64,000 nucleotides of DNA, from the NCBI GenBank assembly GCA_016744295.1, contig JADGEQ010000007.1:127652-191651 (forward strand), written 5' to 3'. The position numbers and the translations under genes are program-made. The stretch's first letter is position 1. The number at the start of each line of letters is the position of its first letter. Positions 42,845 through 53,341 of the stretch are shown piece by piece. This DNA comes from Desulfobacteraceae bacterium. GTDB taxonomy: Bacteria; Desulfobacterota; Desulfobacteria; Desulfobacterales; Desulfobacteraceae. The notes under the pieces are model-generated. The model saw only the letters and a list, made by a program, of their open reading frames with translations. It ran no database searches and was not told the origin of the DNA.

Positions 42845-45532
42845 TCATATCTTGGCTTCCCTGGTAAAAACAGAAAATTCTTTTTCAATATCATACAAAT
42901 TTTTGGATAGCGATTCAAGATTACCCTGATCTGCACCCTGCTCCATGCCCAAGGCTATTTGTTTCAATATATCTGCATTCACATTTCCGGCAGATCCTTT
43001 TAGGGCATGGGCATGGGATCTCACCAATTCAAAATTTTTCTGGTCAATGGCTGCTTTCATATTTTCTATCAGTTCAGGAGCCTCCTGTAAAAATGCATCC
43101 AAAATCATCCGGATCAATTCTTCATCATTTCCAAAACGTTCAAACAATCTGGTTTTGTTAAAACAATTGACCCTATCCGATAGGAAAGAATTTTCCTGTT
43201 CATCTGATTTTTCCGGCTGAGAATTGCCTGGTTCTGAATAGTCCGACCCTGAATAGTCTGGCTCCAGGCTGTCTGATTCCGTCCTGTTGAGAACACGAAA
43301 AAGCACCTTCTCATCAAGGTGCACCTGAATTTTTCTGGCCAAAACATCGGGCTCCACGGGCTTGGCAATAAAATCATCCATCCCGGCCTGAAAGCATTTT
43401 TCCCGGTCACTGTCAAAGGCGTTACCGGTCATGGCAATTATGGGAACCTGGGCAAGCCCCTGCTCTTTTTCATGGATTCGAATCTGCCTTGTGGCCTCCA
43501 ACCCGTCCATTACCGGCATCTGACAATCCATGAGAATCAGATCACAGGGATCCTCCTTATATTTTTGAAGTGCCTGTTCTCCGTTTCTTGCTTCATCAGT
43601 ATAATATCCCTGCTTTCCAATCAAGGCTTTTGCCGTTAAAAGATTGGTCTCCATATCCTCCACAATCAAAATTTTCCGGGATTGTTTTTTGGTCTCTTCA
43701 AGGCTGTATCGGGTAATAATCGGCAGGGAAATTGCCTTACTGCTCCCATGGATGGACAGAACCGCTTTGATGCAGTCTGACAATACCATTTTTTCAACGG
43801 GTTTGCTTAAAAATGCAGAAAACCCCATCTGTTCAAACGCCCTTGCATCCCCCTTCTGACCCACAGCAGTCAAAATAATCATCTTTAAGTTGGCAAACTG
43901 AGGTGCAGCTGCAATCATTTCGCCAAGATGTCTTGCCTGCTGGTCGGATTCCTTGGCCTCCATGATCACCAAATGGAAGGGTATGTTATCATCCTGGGCC
44001 CATTTGAGCATTTCAAAGGCCTCCATATCATCCCAGGCCTGTTCATATTCGATACCAAGGGCTGAAAGGTTGGAATTAAAATTTTTCCCAAGGGAGGTAT
44101 TGTCGCTGATAACCAGAATCTTATGGTCCTTTACCGGTACACGGGTAAGATCAAAGGAAATTTCGCCACAGGATTGTTTTTCCAATGGCAGATCAAACCA
44201 AAAGGTGCTGCCGACCATTTCAATGCTTTCTGCCCCTATATTCCCCCCCATTTTTTCGACCAAAAGCTTTGCAATGGAAAGCCCAAGGCCGGTCCCCCCG
44301 AATTCTTTTGTAATGGATGCATCTGCCTGGGTAAAGGAGGAGAAAAGTGAAAGAATTTTTTCTTCCTTAATACCCATGCCTGTGTCATCCACACGAAAAT
44401 GAAGGCAGGCTAAATTTGTTTCCCGGCCGGGATCATTGCCCAATTCTTGGTTCAGTTCATGGGTGGAATCGTCAAATTTCAAGGTAACACTCAGACTGAT
44501 GCTGCCGGCTTCGGTAAATTTAATGGCATTTCCGGTCAGATTAAGAATGATCTGCCGGATCCGGCCAATATCCCCCTTCAGAAGCCTAGGAACATTGGAA
44601 TCAATGGAATAGGCAAATTCAACCCCTTTTTGACGGGCCTGGAGTTCGGGCAGAGAAACAATATCCTTAATGGCTATCTCAAGATCAAAGGATCGAATAT
44701 CCAGTTCCAGCTTACCTGCTTCAATTTTCGACAAATCAAGGATATCGTTCACAATGGACAACAAGGCACGGGTGCTGTTGTAAGCAATATTAACGTAATT
44801 TCGCTGTTCCTCACTCAGATCAGAATCCAGCAATACATGCATCATACCAATGATCCCGTTCATTGGATTCCGAATTTCATGACTCATATTGGCCAGAAAC
44901 CGGTCTTTAATTTTTAAGGCTGATTCGGCATCCTCGGACACACGTTGAAGATCGGTACGGGATGTTGCCAATGCCCTAAGATCCCTTTTGTTCTGAGCCG
45001 TGATCAACCCCATCCCACCGGCATAGAGGCTAAAAACAATTACAATGAAAAAAAATCGATATTGATTGATGTTCAAAACCCCTGGCCCCCAGTTCGGCCC
45101 TAAATACAAAAAAACCAAGAAAAAAATAACCATACCATTATATATGGCCATTGATTTTTTCCCGGGAAAAAGGCTGGTCAAAACAGGCATAAAAAACAAA
45201 ATCAAAAGGCCGGGGCTATAAAGTCCACCCGTGAAGCAGGAAAACAAGATTGCAAAAATCAAAAACAGGCTGACCAGAATATGGCACCCCTGTTTCTGCC
45301 GATTTTGCAGAATCATAAAATAATGATTGATCCCCCATAAGATCAGCACAGCCCCCCCTGAAACAACCAAGAGGTTAGCGTTAGCATATATCCCAAGACC
45401 GGTCAGAAGAAAAACAATCCCGGAAATAAGATAGGACATTCGCCTAAGATGGATTTTATTTGGCATGGTTTTATTCACGATCACTTGTATCCATTGCAAC
45501 CTAAATGTTTTGCAAAACTTCATTGCAAACAA
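42845..45532 (-). CDS. membrane-bound hybrid sensor histidine kinase with two receiver domains and a C-terminal Hpt domain
   Basis: 895 aa with a polytopic N-terminus, H-box [15 protein letters not shown], HATPase [19 protein letters not shown] with [13 protein letters not shown], and Hpt HALKGSAGN. The true start may be an internal Met (MPNKIH or MSYLISG). Confidence 0.85.
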   Translation of the reverse strand: MFAMKFCKTFRLQWIQVIVNKTMPNKIHLRRMSYLISGIVFLLTGLGIYANANLLVVSGGAVLILWGINHYFMILQNRQKQGCHILVSLFLIFAILFSCFTGGLYSPGLLILFFMPVLTSLFPGKKSMAIYNGMVIFFLVFLYLGPNWGPGVLNINQYRFFFIVIVFSLYAGGMGLITAQNKRDLRALATSRTDLQRVSEDAESALKIKDRFLANMSHEIRNPMNGIIGMMHVLLDSDLSEEQRNYVNIAYNSTRALLSIVNDILDLSKIEAGKLELDIRSFDLEIAIKDIVSLPELQARQKGVEFAYSIDSNVPRLLKGDIGRIRQIILNLTGNAIKFTEAGSISLSVTLKFDDSTHELNQELGNDPGRETNLACLHFRVDDTGMGIKEEKILSLFSSFTQADASITKEFGGTGLGLSIAKLLVEKMGGNIGAESIEMVGSTFWFDLPLEKQSCGEISFDLTRVPVKDHKILVISDNTSLGKNFNSNLSALGIEYEQAWDDMEAFEMLKWAQDDNIPFHLVIMEAKESDQQARHLGEMIAAAPQFANLKMIILTAVGQKGDARAFEQMGFSAFLSKPVEKMVLSDCIKAVLSIHGSSKAISLPIITRYSLEETKKQSRKILIVEDMETNLLTAKALIGKQGYYTDEARNGEQALQKYKEDPCDLILMDCQMPVMDGLEATRQIRIHEKEQGLAQVPIIAMTGNAFDSDREKCFQAGMDDFIAKPVEPDVLARKIQVHLDEKVLFRVLNRTESDSLEPDYSGSDYSEPGNSQPEKSDEQENSFLSDRVNCFNKTRLFERFGNDEELIRMILDAFLQEAPELIENMKAAIDQKNFELVRSHAHALKGSAGNVNADILKQIALGMEQGADQGNLESLSKNLYDIEKEFSVFTREAKI

Positions 45533-45693
45533 TCTGACTGCAATGGAAAAGGTTGATGGATTAAGTATATTTAGCTCACAAGATATCCTTATTTTCTCCT
45601 GCTAACTATATCCAAATCAACCTTTGATTGTCAAATCTAATTTATCCTCTGTCTGCTGCCTGAATTATTATTTCGGGGTGGTGAATTTTATGC

Positions 45694-45722
45694 TTGACTT
45701 CCATTGTATTTATATATAGTAA
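45694..45722 (+). promoter_or_regulatory. possible promoter of the ilv/leu operon
   Basis: TTGACT (45694-99) followed by an AT-rich region offering TATAGT (15-nt spacer) or TAGTAA (17-nt spacer). The spacing is imperfect either way. Confidence 0.35.
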
Positions 45723-45748
45723 ATATTGTTTATAAAGAGTAAATAAAT

Positions 45749-45832
45749 ATGAAAATAAACTTTATCAACATACTACTAGTCCTTATTATCGTGGAGGTGA
45801 TTATTCTCACCTCCAAGCGAAGGGGCTCTTAG
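45749..45832 (+). CDS. ilv/leu leader peptide (27 aa), Ile/Leu/Val-rich
   Basis: ATG AAA ATA AAC TTT ATC AAC ATA CTA CTA GTC CTT ATT ATC GTG GAG GTG ATT ATT CTC ACC TCC AAG CGA AGG GGC TCT TAG encodes MKINFINILLVLIIVEVIILTSKRRGS. 15 of 27 residues are I/L/V. It lies immediately upstream of a terminator and ilvD. Confidence 0.6.
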   Translation: MKINFINILLVLIIVEVIILTSKRRGS

Positions 45833-45857
45833 TGGCATAAACTTTAAATTAACTTTA

Positions 45858-45898
45858 AAAGCCGTTATCAGCCCCGACAGGGCAGATAACGGCTTTTT
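45858..45898 (+). terminator. attenuator terminator upstream of ilvD
   Basis: AAAGCCGTTATC (45858-69) pairs with GATAACGGCTTT (45885-96). An inner GCCC/GGGC helix also forms, and the stem runs into the T-run TTTTT-CA-TTTTT. ilvD ATG is at 45920. Confidence 0.7.
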
Positions 45899-45919
45899 CA
45901 TTTTTGGAGACAAGCAAAC

Positions 45920-47593
45920 ATGAGAAGCCATATTGCAACAAAGGGAGTCGCAAGAGCCCCCCACAGAAGCCTGATGAAGGCCCTGGGACTGACGGACAGG
46001 GAAATTTCCCAGCCCATGATCGGAATTGCCAATTCAGCCAATGAACTGATACCAGGCCACATGCACCTGGACACCATTGTCCGGGCGGTAAAAGCAGGTA
46101 TCCGCATGGCAGGCGGGACCCCCATGGAATTTTCCACCATTGGCGTCTGTGACGGCATTGCAATGAACCACAAGGGTATGCATTATTCCCTTGCCTCCAG
46201 AGAGTTGATTGCAGACTCCATTGAAGTCACGGCAACAGCCCACCCCTTTGATGCCATTGTCATGGTGCCCAATTGTGATAAAATAGTGCCCGGGATGCTC
46301 ATGGCTGCAGCCCGACTGAACATCCCGACCATCTTTGTCAGCGGCGGGCCCATGTTTGCCGGCAGGCACCCCAAAGACCGAAATCAGAAAATCGACCTGG
46401 TTTCCGTATTTGAAGCAGTAGGTGCTGTTCAGATGGGCCGAATGACAGAAGATGAGCTGGCAAAAATCGAAAATGCGGCCTGCCCCACCTGCGGGTCCTG
46501 TGCCGGCATGTTCACGGCCAATTCAATGAACTGCCTGACCGAAGCCATTGGCATGGCACTTCCGGGAAACGGCACTATTCCAGCCCCCATGTCCGAAAGA
46601 ATCCGGCTTGCCAAGGAGACCGGAATAAAAGTGATGGAATTATTGGACATGCAAATCACCCCGGACAAGATATTCACCCAACAGGCCTTTCTGAATTCCC
46701 TTGTGGTGGACATGGCCCTCGGCTGTTCAACCAATACGGTCCTCCATCTAAAGGGTATTGCCGCCGAGGCCGACATAGAAATCGAGCTTGCCCTTATCAA
46801 TGAGGTCAGCAAAAAAACCCCCCATTTGTGTTCCCTAAGCCCCGGCGGACCGGATCACATCGAAGATTTACATTTTGCCGGGGGTATCCAGGCCGTGATG
46901 AAAGAATTGTCCGACCATAACATGCTGGACCTTACCTGCATGACCGCCACAGGCAAATTGCTTGGTGAGAACCTGAAAGATGTCCGGGTACAAAACCCCA
47001 ATGTGATCAAACCCGTTGAAACTCCCTATCATAAAGAGGGAGGCCTTGCCGTACTCTTTGGCAACCTGGCCCCGGAGGGTTGTGTGGTCAAGCAATCGGC
47101 AGTCCTACCCGAAATGATGTGTCATAGCGGACCTGCAAGAATTTTTGATTGTGAAGAAGATGCCACCACAGCCATCATGGATCGAAAAATCAATCCCGGG
47201 GATGTGATTGTCATCCGGTATGAGGGACCTGCAGGAGGACCTGGTATGCGGGAAATGCTCACCCCCACCTCGGCCATTGCCGGCATGGGATTAGATGATT
47301 CCTGCGCCCTGATCACAGACGGAAGATTTTCCGGCGGCACCAAGGGAGCTTCCATCGGCCATGTGTCCCCGGAAGCCACCCAGGGTGGCCTCATTGCCAT
47401 TATTGAAGAAAATGATGAAATCCGCATTGATATTCCCGCAAAACAGATCGAACTGATGGTTTCCAAAGAAACAATAGCCCAACGGTTTACCCGGTGGACA
47501 AAGCCTGAGCCCAAAATAAAAAAAGGGTATATGGCCCGGTATGCAAAAATGGTCAGTTCCGCCGGCAATGGTGCCGTATTTAAAAATTTCTAA
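45920..47593 (+). CDS. ilvD: dihydroxy-acid dehydratase
   Basis: 557 aa: [23 protein letters not shown]..., [26 protein letters not shown]. Confidence 0.95.
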   Translation: MRSHIATKGVARAPHRSLMKALGLTDREISQPMIGIANSANELIPGHMHLDTIVRAVKAGIRMAGGTPMEFSTIGVCDGIAMNHKGMHYSLASRELIADSIEVTATAHPFDAIVMVPNCDKIVPGMLMAAARLNIPTIFVSGGPMFAGRHPKDRNQKIDLVSVFEAVGAVQMGRMTEDELAKIENAACPTCGSCAGMFTANSMNCLTEAIGMALPGNGTIPAPMSERIRLAKETGIKVMELLDMQITPDKIFTQQAFLNSLVVDMALGCSTNTVLHLKGIAAEADIEIELALINEVSKKTPHLCSLSPGGPDHIEDLHFAGGIQAVMKELSDHNMLDLTCMTATGKLLGENLKDVRVQNPNVIKPVETPYHKEGGLAVLFGNLAPEGCVVKQSAVLPEMMCHSGPARIFDCEEDATTAIMDRKINPGDVIVIRYEGPAGGPGMREMLTPTSAIAGMGLDDSCALITDGRFSGGTKGASIGHVSPEATQGGLIAIIEENDEIRIDIPAKQIELMVSKETIAQRFTRWTKPEPKIKKGYMARYAKMVSSAGNGAVFKNF

Positions 47594-47605
47594 CAGGAGA
47601 AAAAC

Positions 47606-49297
47606 ATGAAACTCACAGGGGCTCAAATACTTATTAGAATGATCAAATCCCAGGGTGTTGACACCATTTTCGGTTACCCGGGAGGTGCCACCATCGACAT
47701 CCATGATGAACTTGCAAAAAATCCTGACCTGCGCCACATCCTTGTCCGCCACGAACAAGGAGCTGTCCATTCCGCCGATGGCTATGCCCGGGCAAACGAT
47801 TCGGTGGGGGTAGCTCTTGTAACCTCGGGCCCCGGTGCCACCAACACGGTTACGGGAATCGCCTCGGCCCATACAGATTCCATCCCCATGGTGGTATTTA
47901 CCGGGCAGGTCCCCACGGCCCTCATTGGCAATGATGCCTTCCAGGAAGTGGATATTGTGGGAATCACAAGGCCCTGCACCAAACACAACTATCTGGTCAA
48001 GGATCCGAACCGCCTTGCGGCAACCATCCAGGAAGCCTTTCACATTGCCCGATCCGGCAGACCAGGCCCCGTACTCGTAGATCTGCCCAAGGATATTCTC
48101 CAGGCCCAGATTGAATTTGAGATGCCCGAGGACACCGCATTAAGGTCATATAAACCCAATTATGACCCCAACAAAAAACAATTGGCCAAGGCTGTCACCA
48201 TGTTAAAAGAGGCCAAACGACCGGTTATTTTTGCCGGGGGCGGGGTAATCCTGTCCAGGGCGTCCGAAGAGCTCACCCAGATTGCCAAGATGGCGGATAT
48301 TCCCGTTACCGGCTCTTTGATGGGGCTTGGGGGTTTTCCAGGATCCCACCCCCTGTGGCTGGGGATGTTGGGAATGCACGGCACCTATCGGGCCAACATG
48401 AGTATTGGCAACAGCGATTTGATCATTGCCGCCGGCGTCAGATTCGATGACCGGGTAACCGGAAATATTGAAAAATTTGCCCCCCATGCCAAAATTATCC
48501 AGATCGACATTGATCCCACCTCCATCCACAAAAACATTCCGGTTCAATGCCCCATTGTTGGGGATTGTAAGGCTGCTTTGGCGGGGATACTGGAACTTAT
48601 GGAAAAGGAAAAATCCGAGGATTTTAAACAGGAGCGGACTGCCTGGCTTGACCAGATAGAGGATTGGAAACAGACCACCCCCTTAAAATATGACCAGGGC
48701 ACAAAAATCATCAAACCCCAGTATGTGGTTGAAAAACTATACGAAGCCACCAATGGAGAGGCCATTATCACAACAGAAGTTGGCCAGAACCAAATGTGGG
48801 CGGCCCAATTTTACCATTTTGACAAACCCAATCATTTTATCACCTCCGGGGGTCTTGGGGTCATGGGATTCGGACTGCCAGCAGCCATCGGGGCCAAGGC
48901 GGCCTGCCCTGATAAAATGGTGGTGGATGTGGCAGGAGACGGCTCCATCCAGATGAATATCCAGGAGCTGATGACAGCCATTGAATCCCGTCTGGATGTA
49001 AAGATTGTCATTCTCAACAACCGCTTTTTGGGTATGGTACGGCAATGGCAGGAATTTTTCTATGACAAGGCCTATGCCTCCACAAACATGGAAAATGCCC
49101 CGGATTTTGTATTGCTGGCCCAGGCCTATGGCGCAAAAGGATTTAAATGTGATGACCCGGCAAAGGTTTGCCAGACCCTGAAAATGGGCCTTGAAACCCC
49201 GGGTACCGTTATCATGGAATTTATTGTGGAACGGGAAGAATCTGTTTATCCCATGGTACCGGCGGGCGGGGCCATCACTGAAATGCTGCTGGTTTAA
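47606..49297 (+). CDS. ilvB: acetolactate synthase large subunit
   Basis: 563 aa with a ThDP-enzyme pattern (GYPGGATIDIHD, GPGATN, GGLGVMGFGLPAAIGAK, GDGSIQMNIQEL). Confidence 0.95.
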   Translation: MKLTGAQILIRMIKSQGVDTIFGYPGGATIDIHDELAKNPDLRHILVRHEQGAVHSADGYARANDSVGVALVTSGPGATNTVTGIASAHTDSIPMVVFTGQVPTALIGNDAFQEVDIVGITRPCTKHNYLVKDPNRLAATIQEAFHIARSGRPGPVLVDLPKDILQAQIEFEMPEDTALRSYKPNYDPNKKQLAKAVTMLKEAKRPVIFAGGGVILSRASEELTQIAKMADIPVTGSLMGLGGFPGSHPLWLGMLGMHGTYRANMSIGNSDLIIAAGVRFDDRVTGNIEKFAPHAKIIQIDIDPTSIHKNIPVQCPIVGDCKAALAGILELMEKEKSEDFKQERTAWLDQIEDWKQTTPLKYDQGTKIIKPQYVVEKLYEATNGEAIITTEVGQNQMWAAQFYHFDKPNHFITSGGLGVMGFGLPAAIGAKAACPDKMVVDVAGDGSIQMNIQELMTAIESRLDVKIVILNNRFLGMVRQWQEFFYDKAYASTNMENAPDFVLLAQAYGAKGFKCDDPAKVCQTLKMGLETPGTVIMEFIVEREESVYPMVPAGGAITEMLLV

Positions 49298-49331
49298 CAG
49301 ATTCTGGTTTAATAGATAAGGATACATAAAA

Positions 49332-49823
49332 ATGGAAACAAACAGATACTTACTTTCAATTCTTGTGGATGATGAACCCGGCGTACTTTCCAGAATTGCC
49401 GGACTTTTTTCCGGCCGGGGCTTTAATATTGATTCTTTGAGTGTTGCCACCACAGCCGATCCCGATGTCTCCCGGATCACCATGGTGACCAATTGCGATG
49501 CCCATATCATTGAGCAAATTAAAAAACAGCTGAACAAGCTGATCAATGTTATTACGGTGACGGATCTTACCGAAAAAAAATATGTAGAACGGAAGCTGGC
49601 CCTGATCAAGGTCCATGCAAAACCGGAAAAACGGGCTGAAATTTTAAGAATTGTGGACATATTCCGGTGCAAAATTGTGGATGTGGCCCATTCCCATTAT
49701 ATCATTGAAATGTCGGGTAACAGCGAGAAACACAACGCTTTTATCTCTCTTTTACAACCCATGGGGATTGTGGAAATAGCATCCACAGGCGCCATTGCCC
49801 TGGCAAGGGAAAACGGGAAATAA
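49332..49823 (+). CDS. ilvN: acetolactate synthase small (regulatory) subunit
   Basis: 163 aa with the ACT domain LSILVDDEPGVLSRIAGLFSGRGFNIDSLSV. Confidence 0.9.
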   Translation: METNRYLLSILVDDEPGVLSRIAGLFSGRGFNIDSLSVATTADPDVSRITMVTNCDAHIIEQIKKQLNKLINVITVTDLTEKKYVERKLALIKVHAKPEKRAEILRIVDIFRCKIVDVAHSHYIIEMSGNSEKHNAFISLLQPMGIVEIASTGAIALARENGK

Positions 49824-49825
49824 CA

Positions 49826-51445
49826 ATGAAAACAACGATGGAAACAGCACTTTTATATGATACCACCCTCAGGGACGGGATGCAGGGAGAGAACATCTTT
49901 TTCTCCCCGGAAGACAAATTAAAAATAGCCAAAAAGTTAGACGAAGCCGGTATCCACTACATTGAAGGCGGATGGCCCGGTTCAAACCCGGGGGCCCAGC
50001 ACTTTTTCGAACTGGCAAAAAACATTGAATTTAAAAATGCCAAAATTGCCGCCTTTGGTTCCACCCGGCGCCAGGGAAAAAGCTGTGAACAGGACGGTAA
50101 TCTAAAAGCCCTGATTGATTCCGGCGCACCGGTGATTACCATATTTGGCAAATCCTGGGATCTCCATGTGGAAGCCATCATGTCCAACACCAAAACGGAA
50201 AACCTGGCCATGATCCAAGAAAGCGTGGCCTATCTGCTGGCTCAGGACCGGGAGGTGCTCTATGATGCCGAACATTTTTACGACGGGTACAAGGCCAATG
50301 CACCCTATGCCCTTCAAACTCTGGAGGCTGCAGTTGAAGGCGGCACCACCTGCCTGGTACTCTGTGACACCAACGGAGGGTGCCTGCCCTGCGAGATTGA
50401 CTGTATCACAAGAGCCACGGTTGACCACTTCAAAACCCGTGGCCGTAAGGATATTCTATTTGGCATCCACACCCACAATGACTGCGCCATGGCAGTTGCC
50501 AATTCCGTAACCGCCGTACACGCCGGAGCCTCAATGGTCCAGGGCACCATCAACGGCTATGGGGAACGATGCGGCAATGCCGATCTTACGGCAATCATCC
50601 CCATCCTTTTGCTTAAAATGAAACGCAACTGCATGAGTGATGAAAACCTTAAAAAACTATTGAACCTGTCCCGGTTTGTTTCGGAAACCGCCAATATGCC
50701 CCCGGTCAACTCAAGGCCCTTTGTGGGAAAATCTGCCTTTGCCCACAAGGGCGGGGTCCATGTATCGGCCATCATGAAAAACCCCAAAGCCTATGAACAC
50801 ATATCCCCTAGTCTTGTGGGCAATGAACGCCGTGTTCTCGTCTCCGAGCAGTCGGGCAAAAGCAATATCGCCTACAAGGCCCGTGAACTGGGGGTTGATC
50901 TGGGAGATGATGAGCGGAAAAAAGGACTGATTGTCGCCAGTATCAAGGAACTGGAAAATGACGGATTTGAATTTGATGCTGCAGAAGGTTCCCTAAAACT
51001 GATCATGGAAAAACTCACGGACCAGTTTGTCTCCAACTTTGAACTGGAATCCTTCAGGGTGGTGGTGGAAAAGGACAAGGAAAGACCCTGCTACTCCCAT
51101 GCCATGATTAAAATTAGGGTAGGGGACGAAACAGAGATCACCTCTGCCGAAGGGGACGGGCCGGTATCAGCTCTGGATAATGCTTTGCGGAAAGCCCTGA
51201 CCACCATTTACCCCCAGATTGACGATATGCATCTGGTTGACTTTAAAGTCCGTGTTATTGAAGGATCCGACGGTACAGACTCAAAGGTAAGGGTTCTCAT
51301 CGAATCTAGAGATACCAACAACATCTTTTCCACCATCGGGGTGTCGGAAGATATTATCGAAGCAAGCTGGCAGGCTCTGGCCGACAGTTTTCAATATAAA
51401 CTTTCACTTGATAATAAAACCAAGGGACAAACCACAAAAGGGTAA
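49826..51445 (+). CDS. cimA: (R)-citramalate synthase (LeuA-family, CimA type)
   Basis: 539 aa with LYDTTLRDGMQ, HTHNDCAMAVANS, and the C-terminal LeuA dimerisation/regulatory domain. It is distinct from the adjacent canonical leuA. Confidence 0.8.
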   Translation: MKTTMETALLYDTTLRDGMQGENIFFSPEDKLKIAKKLDEAGIHYIEGGWPGSNPGAQHFFELAKNIEFKNAKIAAFGSTRRQGKSCEQDGNLKALIDSGAPVITIFGKSWDLHVEAIMSNTKTENLAMIQESVAYLLAQDREVLYDAEHFYDGYKANAPYALQTLEAAVEGGTTCLVLCDTNGGCLPCEIDCITRATVDHFKTRGRKDILFGIHTHNDCAMAVANSVTAVHAGASMVQGTINGYGERCGNADLTAIIPILLLKMKRNCMSDENLKKLLNLSRFVSETANMPPVNSRPFVGKSAFAHKGGVHVSAIMKNPKAYEHISPSLVGNERRVLVSEQSGKSNIAYKARELGVDLGDDERKKGLIVASIKELENDGFEFDAAEGSLKLIMEKLTDQFVSNFELESFRVVVEKDKERPCYSHAMIKIRVGDETEITSAEGDGPVSALDNALRKALTTIYPQIDDMHLVDFKVRVIEGSDGTDSKVRVLIESRDTNNIFSTIGVSEDIIEASWQALADSFQYKLSLDNKTKGQTTKG

Positions 51446-51450
51446 ACATT

Positions 51451-52995
51451 ATGAACGATGACAGAAAAATAATAATTTTTGACACCACCCTGAGGGATGG
51501 GGAACAATCCCCGGGTGCGAGCATGAACCAGCCGGAAAAACTGCGTATTGCGACCCAGCTGGAAGCCCTTGGGGTGGATGTGATTGAAGCGGGATTCCCC
51601 GCGGCATCAGACGGTGATTATGAAGCGGTTAAAATCATTGCCGAAACCCTGAAAAAATCCCAGATTGCAGCGCTCTGCCGGGCCAGTGAGCAGGATATCC
51701 GACGGGGATGGGATGCAATCAAAGATGCTGTTCACCCCAGGATCCATACCTTTATTGCCACCTCTGAACTCCACATGAAATACAAGTTGCAGATGGAACC
51801 TGCCCAGGTATTAAAACAAGCAGTGGAATCGGTAAAGCTTGCCGCATCCTTTACTGACAATGTGGAATTTTCCGCCGAAGACGGGTCCCGGTCTGATCGG
51901 GACTTTTTGTGCACGGTTTTTGAATCGGTCATCGATGCCGGTGCCACCACGATCAACCTGCCGGACACCGTGGGCTATGCCATCCCCGAAGAATTTGGCG
52001 AGCTGGTCAAATATGTCATGGAAAACACCTCCAACATTGACAAGGCTGTCCTAAGCGTCCACTGCCACAACGATCTGGGCCTTGCCACCTCCAACACCCT
52101 CACCGCAATAAAAAACGGGGCACGCCAGGTGGAGGTAACCATCAACGGCATTGGCGAGCGGGCCGGCAACACCGCTCTGGAAGAAGTGGTCATGTCCCTA
52201 AAAACCCGACCCAATTTTTTCCCCCATACCACGGGCATAGATACCACAAGGATCTACCCCACCAGCCGGCTGGTTTCCATGATCACCGGTATCCTGGTCC
52301 AGCCCAACCGGGCCATTGTGGGGGCCAACGCCTTTGCCCATGAAGCTGGTATCCACCAGGACGGGATGCTGAAAAACCCCATGACCTATGAGATCATGAA
52401 GCCTGAAACCGTGGGGATCAGCAAAAACAGCCTGGTTCTCGGAAAACATTCCGGCCGCCATGCCCTGAACGCCCATATCCAGGCCATGGGCTACAACCTG
52501 TCCGACGATGAACTGAAACTGGTATTTAAAAAATTCAAGAACCTGGCAGACAAGAAAAAAAGCATCCAGGACGAGGATATCGAAGCCCTCATTAACGAAG
52601 GGGTCCTCAGATCCTCGGAAGTTTTTGGCCTGGAATACATCCATGTGCTGAGCGGCAATACGGTCTTTCCCACGGCCAGTATCCAGCTCAAAATCAATGG
52701 CCGGCCGGTCCAGGGAGCCACAGATGGCAACGGACCCATTGATGCAGTCTACAACATTATTTCAAAACTCACCGACACCAAGTCCGAGCTGCTCAGGTTC
52801 ACCATTTCCGCCCTGACCGAAGGCACCGATGCCCAGGGAGAGGTAACGGTCCGCCTCAAAGAAGACGGCATCACAGCCCTGGGTAAAGGGGCAGATCCTG
52901 ATATCATCACGGCGGCAGCTCTTGCCTATATCAACGGGTTGAACCGGCTTGAGTATCTGAAAACCCATCCCCCAAAAGAGCAGGCCCTGCTCTAG
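51451..52995 (+). CDS. leuA: 2-isopropylmalate synthase
   Basis: 514 aa: IFDTTLRDGEQSPG, HCHNDLGLATSN, C-terminal regulatory domain. Confidence 0.9.
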   Translation: MNDDRKIIIFDTTLRDGEQSPGASMNQPEKLRIATQLEALGVDVIEAGFPAASDGDYEAVKIIAETLKKSQIAALCRASEQDIRRGWDAIKDAVHPRIHTFIATSELHMKYKLQMEPAQVLKQAVESVKLAASFTDNVEFSAEDGSRSDRDFLCTVFESVIDAGATTINLPDTVGYAIPEEFGELVKYVMENTSNIDKAVLSVHCHNDLGLATSNTLTAIKNGARQVEVTINGIGERAGNTALEEVVMSLKTRPNFFPHTTGIDTTRIYPTSRLVSMITGILVQPNRAIVGANAFAHEAGIHQDGMLKNPMTYEIMKPETVGISKNSLVLGKHSGRHALNAHIQAMGYNLSDDELKLVFKKFKNLADKKKSIQDEDIEALINEGVLRSSEVFGLEYIHVLSGNTVFPTASIQLKINGRPVQGATDGNGPIDAVYNIISKLTDTKSELLRFTISALTEGTDAQGEVTVRLKEDGITALGKGADPDIITAAALAYINGLNRLEYLKTHPPKEQALL

Positions 52996-53010
52996 AATAT
53001 TATAATACCA

Positions 53011-53042
53011 AAGGGCGGGGGGAGCATCCCTCTGCCCTTTTT
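53011..53042 (+). terminator. intrinsic terminator after leuA
   Basis: AAGGGCGGGGGGA (53011-23), loop GCA, TCCCTCTGCCCTT (53027-39) with two G-U pairs, then TTTGT. Confidence 0.5.
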
Positions 53043-53256
53043 GTCACTCTAATTGTTCAGGGGCATTGCACCCGTGATTTCATTAAAAATTTCATCTTGT
53101 CATCCGGGCTTCACACAAATCCATTACATTTCTATTAGGGTATATTTTAAAATCGGCTTGTGAAATTATTGGTGAACCATGCCAAAATCAGCAAAAATTT
53201 TATACTTTTTGATCTTTTCAATCAAAATCCAGCCTACTGCCTTCTCTCCCCTATAG

Positions 53257-53301
53257 TTGCTTTATTTTATTTCAGAATAATTGCTTTATTTTATTTCAGA
53301 A
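53257..53301. repeat. 24-bp-period tandem duplication
   Basis: TTGCTTTATTTTATTTCAGAA occurs at 53257-53277 and again at 53281-53301, separated by TAA. Confidence 0.9.
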
Positions 53302-53341
53302 ATCTTTTGACTCAACTCTTTAATAATAATTGAGAAATGTC

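Noticed and set aside
45489-45549. The inverted motif CCATTGCA ... TGCAATGG around the 5' end of the hybrid kinase ORF
   Set aside because: The arms are short (8 bp) and about 45 nt apart, partly inside the putative coding start. This is not distinguishable from chance.
48737-49672. 311-aa minus-strand ORF antisense to ilvB and ilvN. Similar cases are 47291..48043 (250 aa) and 47122..47568 (148 aa).
   Set aside because: They lie entirely inside well-conserved plus-strand genes. They have no recognisable motif, low-complexity and odd composition, and no RBS. They are typical shadow ORFs of GC-richer coding DNA.
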